NCBI GenBank assembly: GCA_018716005.1
Contig: DVKN01000007.1
Span: forward strand, 1-29,769
Origin: Candidatus Scatomorpha stercoravium
GTDB taxonomy: Bacteria; Bacillota; Clostridia; Oscillospirales; Oscillospiraceae
Reading direction: 5' to 3'
DNA length: 29,769 nt
The position numbers and the translations under genes are program-made. The first letter of the stretch is position 1. Each line of letters begins with the position of its first letter. This document shows, piece after piece, positions 1-7,064 of the stretch. Below the pieces are notes generated by a model. It did no database searches, was not told the origin of the DNA, and saw only the letters and a program-made list of their open reading frames with translations.

Positions 1-213
1 CAAAGCCTTCGCGGTTTGCAGATGGGAATAGCGCATATCTTCAAAATTGATTGAGATAAACTGAGATGGATGAACGCCGGACTCACAAAGCTCCTGTTTG
101 ACAAGCTCCAACATGACTGACTTTCCGCAGCGGCGAATACCGGTCATGACCTTAATGAGGTCCGATCCGATAAAGGGACGGATGCGGCTCATATATAATT
201 CGCGTTTGATCAT
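1..213 (-). CDS. AAA_14-family ATP-binding protein (probably AAA_14+DUF4143), 5' part only; runs off window start; not in ORF track
   Basis: Hand translation of minus strand from ATG at 213: MIKRELYMSRIRPFIGSDLIKVMTGIRRCGKSVMLELVKQEL...FISINFED; Walker A GIRRCGKS and the INFED motif typical of this family. Confidence 0.85.
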   Translation of the reverse strand, partial: MIKRELYMSRIRPFIGSDLIKVMTGIRRCGKSVMLELVKQELCESGVHPSQFISINFEDMRYSHLQTAKAL

Positions 214-247
214 GGGTTTCACAGCCCCCTTTCCCGCGGCTGATCTT

Positions 248-276
248 AGTATAACCCAATTATACTTGAAATACAA
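248..276 (-). promoter_or_regulatory. sigma70-type promoter for the AAA ATPase
   Basis: Minus strand TTGTAT (276-271), 17-bp spacer, TATACT (253-248), about 35 bp upstream of ATG. Confidence 0.55.
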
Positions 277-473
277 TAGAGAAAACGTGAATTTATAAGA
301 TACAACTGATAAAATCCGAATTTCGACACCGTTTGTCAGTTACAGTTGATTCAATTCCGGCCTCCCGGCGGCGCACAACCGCAAGTCCGGCGAAGCGGGC
401 CGCGATCGGAGCGGAGGAGAACGGACGGACGGCGTTTTTTGCCGCAGGCACGGACATTAAAACCCCAAAAACA

Positions 474-502
474 CAAACCCGAAGCCTCCGGCTTCGGGTT
501 TG
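474..502 (-). terminator. Intrinsic terminator downstream of tRNA-Ser
   Basis: 13-bp perfect stem CAAACCCGAAGCC/GGCTTCGGGTTTG with 3-nt loop, followed on minus strand by TGTTTTT. Confidence 0.7.
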
Positions 503-508
503 AGAGGA

Positions 509-589
509 GGAGCAAACGGAGCGGAACGAATGCCAACAGGCACAGCCTTTCGGCTGTGCCTGTTGGCGTAGTGGAGCGCAGTTTGCTCC
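509..589. repeat. Nested inverted-repeat element immediately 3' of tRNA-Ser
   Basis: 16-bp perfect stem 532-547/552-567 (GAAA loop on minus strand) enclosed by 9-bp IR GGAGCAAAC 509-517 / GTTTGCTCC 581-589. Confidence 0.7.
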
Positions 590-593
590 GACG

Positions 594-682
594 TGGCGCA
601 GCGGGTGGGATTCGAACCCACGTGCAGTTTCCTGCAAACTGATTTCGAGTCAGCCCCGTTATGACCACTTCGATACCGCTGC
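594..682 (-). tRNA. tRNA-Ser (anticodon CGA)
   Basis: Minus strand GCAGCGG...CCGCTGC-G-CCA acceptor stem, anticodon arm GCTGA-CTCGAAA-TCAGT, long variable arm, T-loop GTTCGAATC; 89 nt, encoded CCA. Confidence 0.97.
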
Positions 683-693
683 ATAGCCTATGT

Positions 694-722
694 ATTATAC
701 ACGGCGCGGGGAGAAAAATCAA
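694..722 (-). promoter_or_regulatory. sigma70 promoter of tRNA-Ser
   Basis: Minus strand TTGATT (722-717), 17 bp, TATAAT (699-694), 11 bp upstream of tRNA 5' end. Confidence 0.8.
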
Positions 723-745
723 GCCTTTTGCGCGGCTTGGGCGGG

Positions 746-754
746 TGATATAAT
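746..754 (+). promoter_or_regulatory. Extended -10 element for the PhzF-family gene (divergent from tRNA promoter)
   Basis: TG-A-TATAAT at 746-754, 30 bp upstream of ATG 785. Confidence 0.55.
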
Positions 755-784
755 GGCTCCATTCTGTTTTTGGAGGGGTTTATT

Positions 785-1558
785 ATGAAGTGCTGGCACG
801 TCGACGCTTTTGCGGAAAAGGTTTTCGAGGGCAATCCTGCCGCCGTCTGCGTATTGGACGGGTGGCCGGAGGATGCGCTGCTGCAGGCCGTCGCCGGCGA
901 GAACAACCTCTCTGAGACGGCCTACGCCGTCAGGGACGGGGAGCGCTGGCGCCTGCGCTGGTTCACGCCGGGCGGGGAGATAGACCTCTGCGGCCACGCC
1001 ACGCTGGGCACGGCCTTCGTCCTCGCGAACTTCGTGACGCCTGAAAAAACCCACTTCGTCTTCGACACCATGAGCGGCGAGCTCGTCGTGGAGCGGCGCG
1101 GCGATATGTACGAGCTCGACTTCCCGGCCTATGAGCTGCGCGGCGTGCCCGTGACGCCGGAGATGGAGCGCGCGATAGGCCGGCCGGTCAAGTCCGCGTG
1201 GATGGGCCGCGACCTCGTCTGCGAGCTCGAGAGCGAGGAGGCGGTCAGGACCGCCGAAGTCGACCAGGCGCTGGTGCGCGCTCTCGACGGGCTGCTGCTG
1301 CACATAACCGCGCCCGGCGCGGACTACGACTGCGTGACGCGCTCCTTCGCGCCCAAGCTGGGCGTGGCGGAGGACCCGGTCTGCGGCAGCGGGCACTGCC
1401 ACGTCGCCCCGCTCTGGGCCGGGAAGCTGCATAAGAGCGCCCTGCGCGCCCGCCAGGCCTCGAAGCGCGGCGGCACGCTGCTCTGCCGCGTGGAGGGCGG
1501 CCGCTGCTATCTCGCGGGCGGCGCTGTGCTCTATTCCACGGCGGAGCTCAATATCTGA
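785..1558 (+). CDS. PhzF-family (phenazine-biosynthesis-like/DapF-fold) isomerase
   Basis: Motifs VDAF...GNPAAV, ENNLSETAY, RWFTP..EIDLCGHATL, EDPVCGSG; start moved to ATG 785 after GGAGG RBS. Confidence 0.9.
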   Translation: MKCWHVDAFAEKVFEGNPAAVCVLDGWPEDALLQAVAGENNLSETAYAVRDGERWRLRWFTPGGEIDLCGHATLGTAFVLANFVTPEKTHFVFDTMSGELVVERRGDMYELDFPAYELRGVPVTPEMERAIGRPVKSAWMGRDLVCELESEEAVRTAEVDQALVRALDGLLLHITAPGADYDCVTRSFAPKLGVAEDPVCGSGHCHVAPLWAGKLHKSALRARQASKRGGTLLCRVEGGRCYLAGGAVLYSTAELNI

Positions 1559-1577
1559 ACGGGACACCACATATAGC

Positions 1578-1599
1578 GGGGAGGCCGGCGGGCCTCCCC
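1578..1599 (+). terminator. Hairpin after PhzF gene (probable terminator)
   Basis: GGGGAGGCC/GGCCTCCCC 9-bp stem, 4-nt loop; weak U-tract. Confidence 0.45.
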
Positions 1600-1767
1600 A
1601 TCTTATTGCGTTTGCCGTCAGGCGGGGGCGGGGCGGCCGGATTTTTAACCGGGCTTTACGTTAATTTTAACAGAGAAAATGGATTTTGGGTGTTCCCTTT
1701 TGACGGAGTACATAGTATAATGTGCTCGTTAGGCTGTAAGCCGAAACTTACATAAAGGAGAATTGAT

Positions 1768-4077
1768 ATGAAAAAGCTGTTATCTGTTTTCCTGGCCCTC
1801 GTAATGGTGTTCGCCCTGTGCGGCGGCGTCCTCGCGGACGAGACCACCGTTACCGAGGCGCCCGCTACCGAGGCCCCGGCCGAAGATACCGCGACCGAGA
1901 CCCCGGCGGAGGAGCCCGCCGAGGAACCCACGGAAGAGCCCGCGGAAGAGCCCGCTGAGGAGCCCGCCGCCGGCGACATCGTCGTCCTCTACACCAACGA
2001 CGTCCACTGCGCCATCACCGGCGAGCTGGGTTATTCCAACGTCGCCGCCTATGAGGACGCCATGCTCGCCGAGGGCAACTACGTCACGCTCGTCGACGCC
2101 GGCGACGCCATCCAGGGCGCCGCTTACGGCTCCATGAGCAAGGGCGAGGACATCATCGGCATCATGAACGCCATGGGCTATGACGTCGCCGTCATCGGCA
2201 ACCACGAGTTCGACTACGGCCGCGACCGTCTCTTTGAGCTGGCCGGCAAGCTCGAGTGCGGCTATGTGAGCGCCAACTTCATCAGCCTCGCCGACAACGA
2301 GCCCGTCTTCGACGCCTACAAGCTCATCACCTACGGCGACACCACCGTCGCCTACGTCGGCTTCTCCACCCCCGACACCTACACCAAGTCCACCCCCGTC
2401 TACTTCCAGGACGACAACGGCAACTACATCTACAGCTTCGGCGAGGATGACTTTGCCGGCCACGTCCAGGCCGCGATTGACGCCGCCGTCGCCGAGGGCG
2501 CCGACTACGTCATCGGCGTCGGCCACCTGGGCATCGACCCCGAGAGCGCTCCCTACCGCTCCACCGACGTCATCCCGCAGCTGAGCGGCCTCGACGCCTT
2601 CATCGACGGCCACAGCCACAGCGTCATCGCCTCCCAGCTCGTTAAGGGCGCGGACGGCGAGGACGTCATCCTCACCTCCACCGGCACGAAGTTCGCGAAC
2701 TTCGGCAAGCTGACCATCGACGCCGAGACCGGCGCCATCACCACCGAGCTTATCAGCGACTACACCGAGACCGCCGCTGATATGGACGAGTATCTCAACG
2801 CCCTCTTCGCCAAGTACGCCGACACCTTCAGCACCGTCGTTGCGAAGAGCGACATCACCCTCACCGGCTACGCCGAGGACGGCACCCGCCTCGTCCGTAC
2901 CGAGGAGACCAACATCGGCGACCTCTGCGCCGACGCCTACCGCGTCGTCGGCGAGGCTGACATCGGCCTCGTGAACGGCGGCGGCATCCGCGCCGACATC
3001 GCCGCCGGCGACATCACCTACCAGAACATCATCGACGTCCACCCCTTCGGCAACATGCTCTGCGTCGTTGAGGCCACCGGCCAGCAGATTCTCGACGCCC
3101 TCGAGATGGCCGTCATGGCCCTGCCCACCGAGAGCGGCGGCTTCCTGCACGTCTCCGGCCTGAGCTTCAGCGTCGACACCAGCGTCGAGAGCCCGGTCGT
3201 CCTTGACGCCATGGGCAACTTCGTCGAGGTTGACGGCGCGCGCCGCGTCTCCAACGTCGAGGTCGCCGGCGAGGCCATCGACCCCGAAGGCACCTACACC
3301 GTGGCCAGCCACAACTACATGCTCAAGCAGGGCGGCGACGGCTTCACCATGTTCATGGGCGACAAGCTGCTCGTCGACGAGTCCATGGCCGATAACGAGG
3401 TCCTGATTACCTACATCACCGAGGATCTCGGCGGCGTCGTCCCCGAGACCTACGCCGAGCCCCAGGGCCGCATCGTCATTGACGGCACTTCCGAGCCCGT
3501 CGAGGAGGGCCTGCCCTTCACCGACGTCGCCGAGGGCGCCTGGTACTACGACTACGTCGTCACCGCTTATGAGAACAGCCTCATGCTCGGCGTCAGCGAC
3601 ACCGCGTTCGCTCCCAACACCGAGCTCACCCGCGGCATGATGGTCACCATGCTCTACCGTCTCGCCGGCAGCCCCGAGGTCACCGGCAGCGCCTCCGACG
3701 TCTTCGCCGACGCCGAGGACGACAGCTGGTACTCCGACGCCGTCGTCTGGGCCGACCAGAACGGCCTCTTCGAGGCCCTGGCCCTCGAGACCCTCGACGC
3801 CGACGCGGTCATCACCCGCGAGGAGCTCGCCGAGATGCTCTACGCCTACGAAGTCGCCACCGGCGCCGAGGCCGTTGAGGACGCCGAGCTCACCTGGGCC
3901 GACGCCGCCGAGGTCAGCGCCGACGCCGTCAGCGCCGTCGCCTACTGCACTGACGCCGGCCTCATGAACGGCGTGAGCGACACCGAGTTCGATCCCGACG
4001 GCTCCGCCACCCGCGCCATGTGCGCCACCGTCCTCGTCCGCCTCTTCGAGGCCGGCGAGCTCGAAGCCGCCGCGTAA
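1768..4077 (+). CDS. Secreted bifunctional metallophosphatase/5'-nucleotidase with C-terminal SLH domains
   Basis: Signal peptide MKKLLSVFLALVMVFALCGGVLA; motifs TNDVH, DAGD, GNHEFD, DGHSH; 5'-nucleotidase C-domain (ETNIGDL.ADA, NGGGIR, HPFGN); SLH repeats (FTDVAEGAWYY, LTRGMMVTMLYR, ATRAMCATVL); AAGGAG RBS. Confidence 0.92.
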   Translation: MKKLLSVFLALVMVFALCGGVLADETTVTEAPATEAPAEDTATETPAEEPAEEPTEEPAEEPAEEPAAGDIVVLYTNDVHCAITGELGYSNVAAYEDAMLAEGNYVTLVDAGDAIQGAAYGSMSKGEDIIGIMNAMGYDVAVIGNHEFDYGRDRLFELAGKLECGYVSANFISLADNEPVFDAYKLITYGDTTVAYVGFSTPDTYTKSTPVYFQDDNGNYIYSFGEDDFAGHVQAAIDAAVAEGADYVIGVGHLGIDPESAPYRSTDVIPQLSGLDAFIDGHSHSVIASQLVKGADGEDVILTSTGTKFANFGKLTIDAETGAITTELISDYTETAADMDEYLNALFAKYADTFSTVVAKSDITLTGYAEDGTRLVRTEETNIGDLCADAYRVVGEADIGLVNGGGIRADIAAGDITYQNIIDVHPFGNMLCVVEATGQQILDALEMAVMALPTESGGFLHVSGLSFSVDTSVESPVVLDAMGNFVEVDGARRVSNVEVAGEAIDPEGTYTVASHNYMLKQGGDGFTMFMGDKLLVDESMADNEVLITYITEDLGGVVPETYAEPQGRIVIDGTSEPVEEGLPFTDVAEGAWYYDYVVTAYENSLMLGVSDTAFAPNTELTRGMMVTMLYRLAGSPEVTGSASDVFADAEDDSWYSDAVVWADQNGLFEALALETLDADAVITREELAEMLYAYEVATGAEAVEDAELTWADAAEVSADAVSAVAYCTDAGLMNGVSDTEFDPDGSATRAMCATVLVRLFEAGELEAAA
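1909..1968 (+). repeat. Five 12-bp tandem repeats encoding an EEPA/EEPT acidic linker
   Basis: GAGGAGCCCGCC GAGGAACCCACG GAAGAGCCCGCG GAAGAGCCCGCT GAGGAGCCCGCC. Confidence 0.85.
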
Positions 4078-4102
4078 TCGCGCAGCACCCCGCAATACAG
4101 CG

Positions 4103-4133
4103 AACCGCCCCGGACCACTCCGGGGCGGTTTTT
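4103..4133 (+). terminator. Intrinsic terminator (probably bidirectional) after the nucleotidase
   Basis: AACCGCCCCGGA/TCCGGGGCGGTT 12-bp stem followed by TTT; lies between convergent genes. Confidence 0.85.
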
Positions 4134-4157
4134 CGCGCGCATATCCCGGCCAAGCCC

Positions 4158-4406
4158 TCAGCCTCTCGCCTCCACAAACCACTTTGCGCCCTCGTTGAAG
4201 AGGTAGGTCTCGCGGCCGTTTATCTGCACGGTGTAGCGTATCCCGCCGCCGCCGACTTTTTGGGAGGCGGCGCGGCATTTGTAGAGGACGCGGTCTATGC
4301 GGTACGAGCGGCCGCCGCGCCAGCGTATCGCGCGGGGCTGCACCGCGCCCTCCTCGTCTATGTCCACGTTGACCGAAACGTAAGCCTTGCGGCACTGCGC
4401 GTCCAC
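4158..4406 (-). CDS. Small conserved hypothetical protein (82 aa) of the type found beside clostridial Y-family polymerase genes
   Basis: GTG start at 4406 after AAGGAGG; sequence pattern P..I.W..GR.Y.IDRVL....AAS.K.GG.GIRYTV.I.G.ETYLF.E..KWFVE recalled as a conserved family; function unknown. Confidence 0.75.
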   Translation of the reverse strand: MDAQCRKAYVSVNVDIDEEGAVQPRAIRWRGGRSYRIDRVLYKCRAASQKVGGGGIRYTVQINGRETYLFNEGAKWFVEARG

Positions 4407-4430
4407 CGCAATCCCTCCTTCAATACCGTG

Positions 4431-4459
4431 TTGACACACGCTGTTTCAAGTGGTAAAAT
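4431..4459 (+). promoter_or_regulatory. Near-consensus sigma70 promoter driving XRE-ImmA
   Basis: TTGACA (4431-4436), 17 bp, TAAAAT (4454-4459), with TG at 4451-4452. Confidence 0.85.
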
Positions 4460-4462
4460 GTA

Positions 4463-4550
4463 AGCACGAACATTATTTCGCTTATCTGAGGCGAGTATAG
4501 CACGAACTTTTTTGCGTGTCAAGAGGCGGTGCGGAATTTCCGTTCGTGCT
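4463..4550. promoter_or_regulatory. Three copies of 9-bp AGCACGAAC (operator-like)
   Basis: AGCACGAAC at 4463-4471 and 4499-4507, and its reverse complement GTTCGTGCT at 4542-4550. Confidence 0.7.
4494..4522 (-). promoter_or_regulatory. Near-consensus sigma70 promoter driving the small ORF, facing the + strand promoter
   Basis: Minus strand TTGACA (4522-4517), 17 bp, TATACT (4499-4494). Confidence 0.85.
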
Positions 4551-4568
4551 CATGGAAAGGGGCGCACT

Positions 4569-4979
4569 ATGTCGTTTGCCGAGAAGCTTAAAGAGAAGCG
4601 CGCGCAGTCCGGGCTGACGCAGGCCGACCTGGCCTGGAAGGCGGGCGTGACCGCGCGCACGATACAAAACTACGAATTGGGGACGCGCCGGCCCTCCAAC
4701 ATGGTCGTCGTGCAGAAGATAGCCGACGCGCTCGGCACCACGACGGAGTACCTGCTCGGCAGCGCCGGGACGCTCATAGTAGAGGCGCACGAGCGCGGCG
4801 GGGCGAAGGCCGCGCGGGACATAGACGCGCTGGTGAGCGAGGTCACGGGCATGTTCGCGGGCGGCACGCTCAGCGACGACGCCATGGACGGGGCCATGCG
4901 CGCGCTCAGCGAGGCGTACTGGATAGCCAAGGAGAAAAATAAGAAATACGGCCGCAGGAAGGGCGCGGACAAGGCATGA
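4569..4979 (+). CDS. XRE/Cro-CI family HTH transcriptional regulator
   Basis: MSFAEKLKEKRAQSGLTQADLAWKAGVTARTIQNYELGTRRPS HTH_3 pattern; start moved to ATG 4569 (GAAAGGGG RBS). Confidence 0.9.
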   Translation: MSFAEKLKEKRAQSGLTQADLAWKAGVTARTIQNYELGTRRPSNMVVVQKIADALGTTTEYLLGSAGTLIVEAHERGGAKAARDIDALVSEVTGMFAGGTLSDDAMDGAMRALSEAYWIAKEKNKKYGRRKGADKA

Positions 4980-5485
4980 ACGCGAGGCAGTTATCCGAGG
5001 TCGGCGAGCGGCTCGTGCGCCGCTGCGGCACGCGCGACCCCTTTGAGATGGCCCGCCAGCTCGGCGTGGAGGTGCTCTTCTGCCCGGATTTCGGCAGCAT
5101 GAAGGGTATGTACCGGGTGATACGGCGCAACCGCTTCATCTTCCTCAACGACGGCCTGACGCCGCAGATGCAGCGCATAGTCTGCGCGCACGAGCTGGGC
5201 CACGACCAGCTCCACCGGAATCTCGCCAAGGACGGCGCGCTGCGTGAGTTCATGCTCTACGACATGAGCACGAGGCCCGAGTACGAGGCCAACATCGTCG
5301 CCGCCGAGATCCTGCTCGACAGCGGCGAGGTGCTGGACTACGTCTACCGCTGCGGCTACACGACCGAGCAGATAGCCCGCGCCATGGAGACAGACATAAA
5401 CCTCGTCGCGCTAAAAGTGGCGCACCTTATTGAGGCGGGCTTTGCCCTGACCCCGGGCGAGTATAGGGGCGACTTTTTGAAGTAG
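4976..5485 (+). CDS. ImmA/IrrE-family zinc metallopeptidase
   Basis: CAHELGH (HExxH) and downstream EYEAN motif; ATGA overlap with XRE stop. Confidence 0.9.
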   Translation: MNARQLSEVGERLVRRCGTRDPFEMARQLGVEVLFCPDFGSMKGMYRVIRRNRFIFLNDGLTPQMQRIVCAHELGHDQLHRNLAKDGALREFMLYDMSTRPEYEANIVAAEILLDSGEVLDYVYRCGYTTEQIARAMETDINLVALKVAHLIEAGFALTPGEYRGDFLK

Positions 5486-5524
5486 GAAAGGAACCGGCCC
5501 GGGCGCGGAGCGCGTTGAGACAGC

Positions 5525-5559
5525 GCAAAATCCCGGAACCGAGCATTCCGGGATTTTGC
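5525..5559. terminator. Bidirectional terminator between ImmA and the convergent AAA gene
   Basis: 14-bp perfect stem GCAAAATCCCGGAA/TTCCGGGATTTTGC, 7-nt loop. Confidence 0.75.
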
Positions 5560-5574
5560 TTCGAAATTTCAGGC

Positions 5575-6867
5575 TCAGAGCAGCTCTTTGGCCCTTCGGG
5601 CCAGATAAAGGGGAATGTTTGTGACTTCTCCGTCCCTGCGGTAACCGCGTTTGGAAAAGCGTATCGCGTGCTCCGGATGATTTTCGGCAATATAGCGTTT
5701 GAAGGACGGCGCAGATTTATCCTCGCCGCCTTTAACTTCCACGGGGATAATTTCGGCGCCGTTTTGCAGCAGGAAATCTATCTCCCCGCGCTTATCCGAA
5801 TAGTAGCGGGGCGCCACTTCAAATTGGCCGCGAAGCTGCTGCAGCACATAGTTTTCGGTGAGCGGCCCCTTGAATTGGTAGTCGGCTTTCAGCAATATAG
5901 CGCTGTTGTCAACGCCCGCCATGTGCTTGAGCAGCCCGGTATCAAAGAGAAACAGCTTGAACTGGTCGAGCTTGTCAAAGGCGGAAAGCGGATGCTCCAT
6001 CTTGGAGACATTGTAGACGCGGTTGAGCATACCGGCCGAGACAAGCCATTCTATGGCTTCTTCAAAGTCCCGCGCCCGTCCGCCCTGCCGGACGGCGCCG
6101 TAGATAAACTTTTCATTGGATTTGGCAAGCTGGGAGACGATGCTGCGGAACACCATCAGGATGCGGGCGCTGTTTACCTTCCCGTTGTGCTTCCCGAAGT
6201 CGTTCTCGTAAATCTCCACGAGCTCCCGCTGGATTTGGGAAACCGCCGCCGGATCCTTGTGGTTGACCCAGGAGGCCACACATTCCGGCATCCCGCCGAT
6301 GATAAGATAGCTGTTGTAGGCTTCCAGCAGGCGGTTGTGGAAGATTTCTTCAATGGCCTGATCCTTCCGGATGCTCTCGTAGTAAGCAAATAGCGCCGGG
6401 TCGGCGGCCTCCAGGAATTCGTCGAAGGTGAGCGGGCAGAGGTCGAGCAGATTGACCATGCCCACGGGATAGGACTTTGGCTGCGCGAGCAGGGTGCCAA
6501 GCAGGCTCCCGGCTGCGATGACATGGTACTCGTTCGCCTTCTCTTTGAAGTATTTGAGCGCATTGAGCGCCTCCGGGCATTCCTGCACCTCGTCAAAAAT
6601 GACGAGGGTCTCCCCGGGCAGAATTTTTTCACCCGCGACCATGGAAAGGAGCTCGACAATGCGCTGCGGGTTTTTGTTCGCCTCGAAAATGGATTTCAGC
6701 TCGTCTTCCTCGTCGAAGTTGAAGTAGACATAGCTTTCATAGCAGCTCTGCCCGAACTCCTTCATGAGCCAGGTCTTCCCGACCTGACGCGCGCCGCGGA
6801 TGATAAGCGGCTTCCTTTCGGGGGCGTCTTTCCACTTTTTAAGGTCGTATATTGCGCTGCGCTGCAA
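5575..6867 (-). CDS. AAA_14 ATPase with C-terminal DUF4143 domain
   Basis: Walker A GARQVGKT, Walker B LVIFDEVQ, C-terminal EIDFLLQ...IPVEVK (PD-(D/E)xK-like); TTG start after GGTGGTG; visibly lower GC than neighbours. Confidence 0.9.
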   Translation of the reverse strand: MQRSAIYDLKKWKDAPERKPLIIRGARQVGKTWLMKEFGQSCYESYVYFNFDEEDELKSIFEANKNPQRIVELLSMVAGEKILPGETLVIFDEVQECPEALNALKYFKEKANEYHVIAAGSLLGTLLAQPKSYPVGMVNLLDLCPLTFDEFLEAADPALFAYYESIRKDQAIEEIFHNRLLEAYNSYLIIGGMPECVASWVNHKDPAAVSQIQRELVEIYENDFGKHNGKVNSARILMVFRSIVSQLAKSNEKFIYGAVRQGGRARDFEEAIEWLVSAGMLNRVYNVSKMEHPLSAFDKLDQFKLFLFDTGLLKHMAGVDNSAILLKADYQFKGPLTENYVLQQLRGQFEVAPRYYSDKRGEIDFLLQNGAEIIPVEVKGGEDKSAPSFKRYIAENHPEHAIRFSKRGYRRDGEVTNIPLYLARRAKELL

Positions 6868-6899
6868 TTATATCACCACCGGCATGGATATCCGATTAA

Positions 6900-6928
6900 A
6901 TGATAACACATTTTTCCGAGGTTTTCAA
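6900..6928 (-). promoter_or_regulatory. sigma70 promoter of the AAA/DUF4143 gene
   Basis: Minus strand TTGAAA (6928-6923), 17 bp, TATCAT (6905-6900), with TG at the extended -10 position. Confidence 0.7.
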
Positions 6929-6985
6929 CGACTGTTTCACACGTTTTTCCGACTATATTAAGCACGGTTAAACACGTTTTTCCGA
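6906..6985. repeat. Three 14-bp direct repeats at exact 33-bp period
   Basis: ACACATTTTTCCGA 6906-6919, ACACGTTTTTCCGA 6939-6952, ACACGTTTTTCCGA 6972-6985; 19-bp unrelated spacers. Confidence 0.9.
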
Positions 6986-7064
6986 AGCGAAAAGGAAAGC
7001 GGCAGGCCTTCGTGCGATCCGAGCGGCCTATAACCCGAGCATATACGAAAGGAGCTGACCGGGC

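Noticed and set aside
785-1558. Phenazine biosynthesis
   Set aside because: Lone PhzF-family gene with no other phz genes; the family is widespread with unknown substrates
1700-1721. TTGACG...TATAAT promoter for the nucleotidase
   Set aside because: Only 10 bp between the hexamers; the -10 may be real but this -35 pairing is not valid
1780-4395. 871-aa minus-strand ORF over the nucleotidase
   Set aside because: Antisense shadow from extreme GC3 bias
4467-4480. Definite LexA (Cheo) SOS box
   Set aside because: One mismatch to CGAAC-N4-GTTCG, but all three related sites deviate at the same G and share an extended AGCA flank, so the adjacent XRE protein is at least as likely the binder; left unassigned
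5515-6393. 292-aa plus-strand ORF opposite the AAA gene
   Set aside because: Antisense shadow without motifs; its start overlaps the terminator hairpin
6906-6985. Possible mini-CRISPR array
   Set aside because: Repeats (14 bp) and spacers (19 bp) are too short, there are only three copies, no cas genes, and one copy sits inside a promoter
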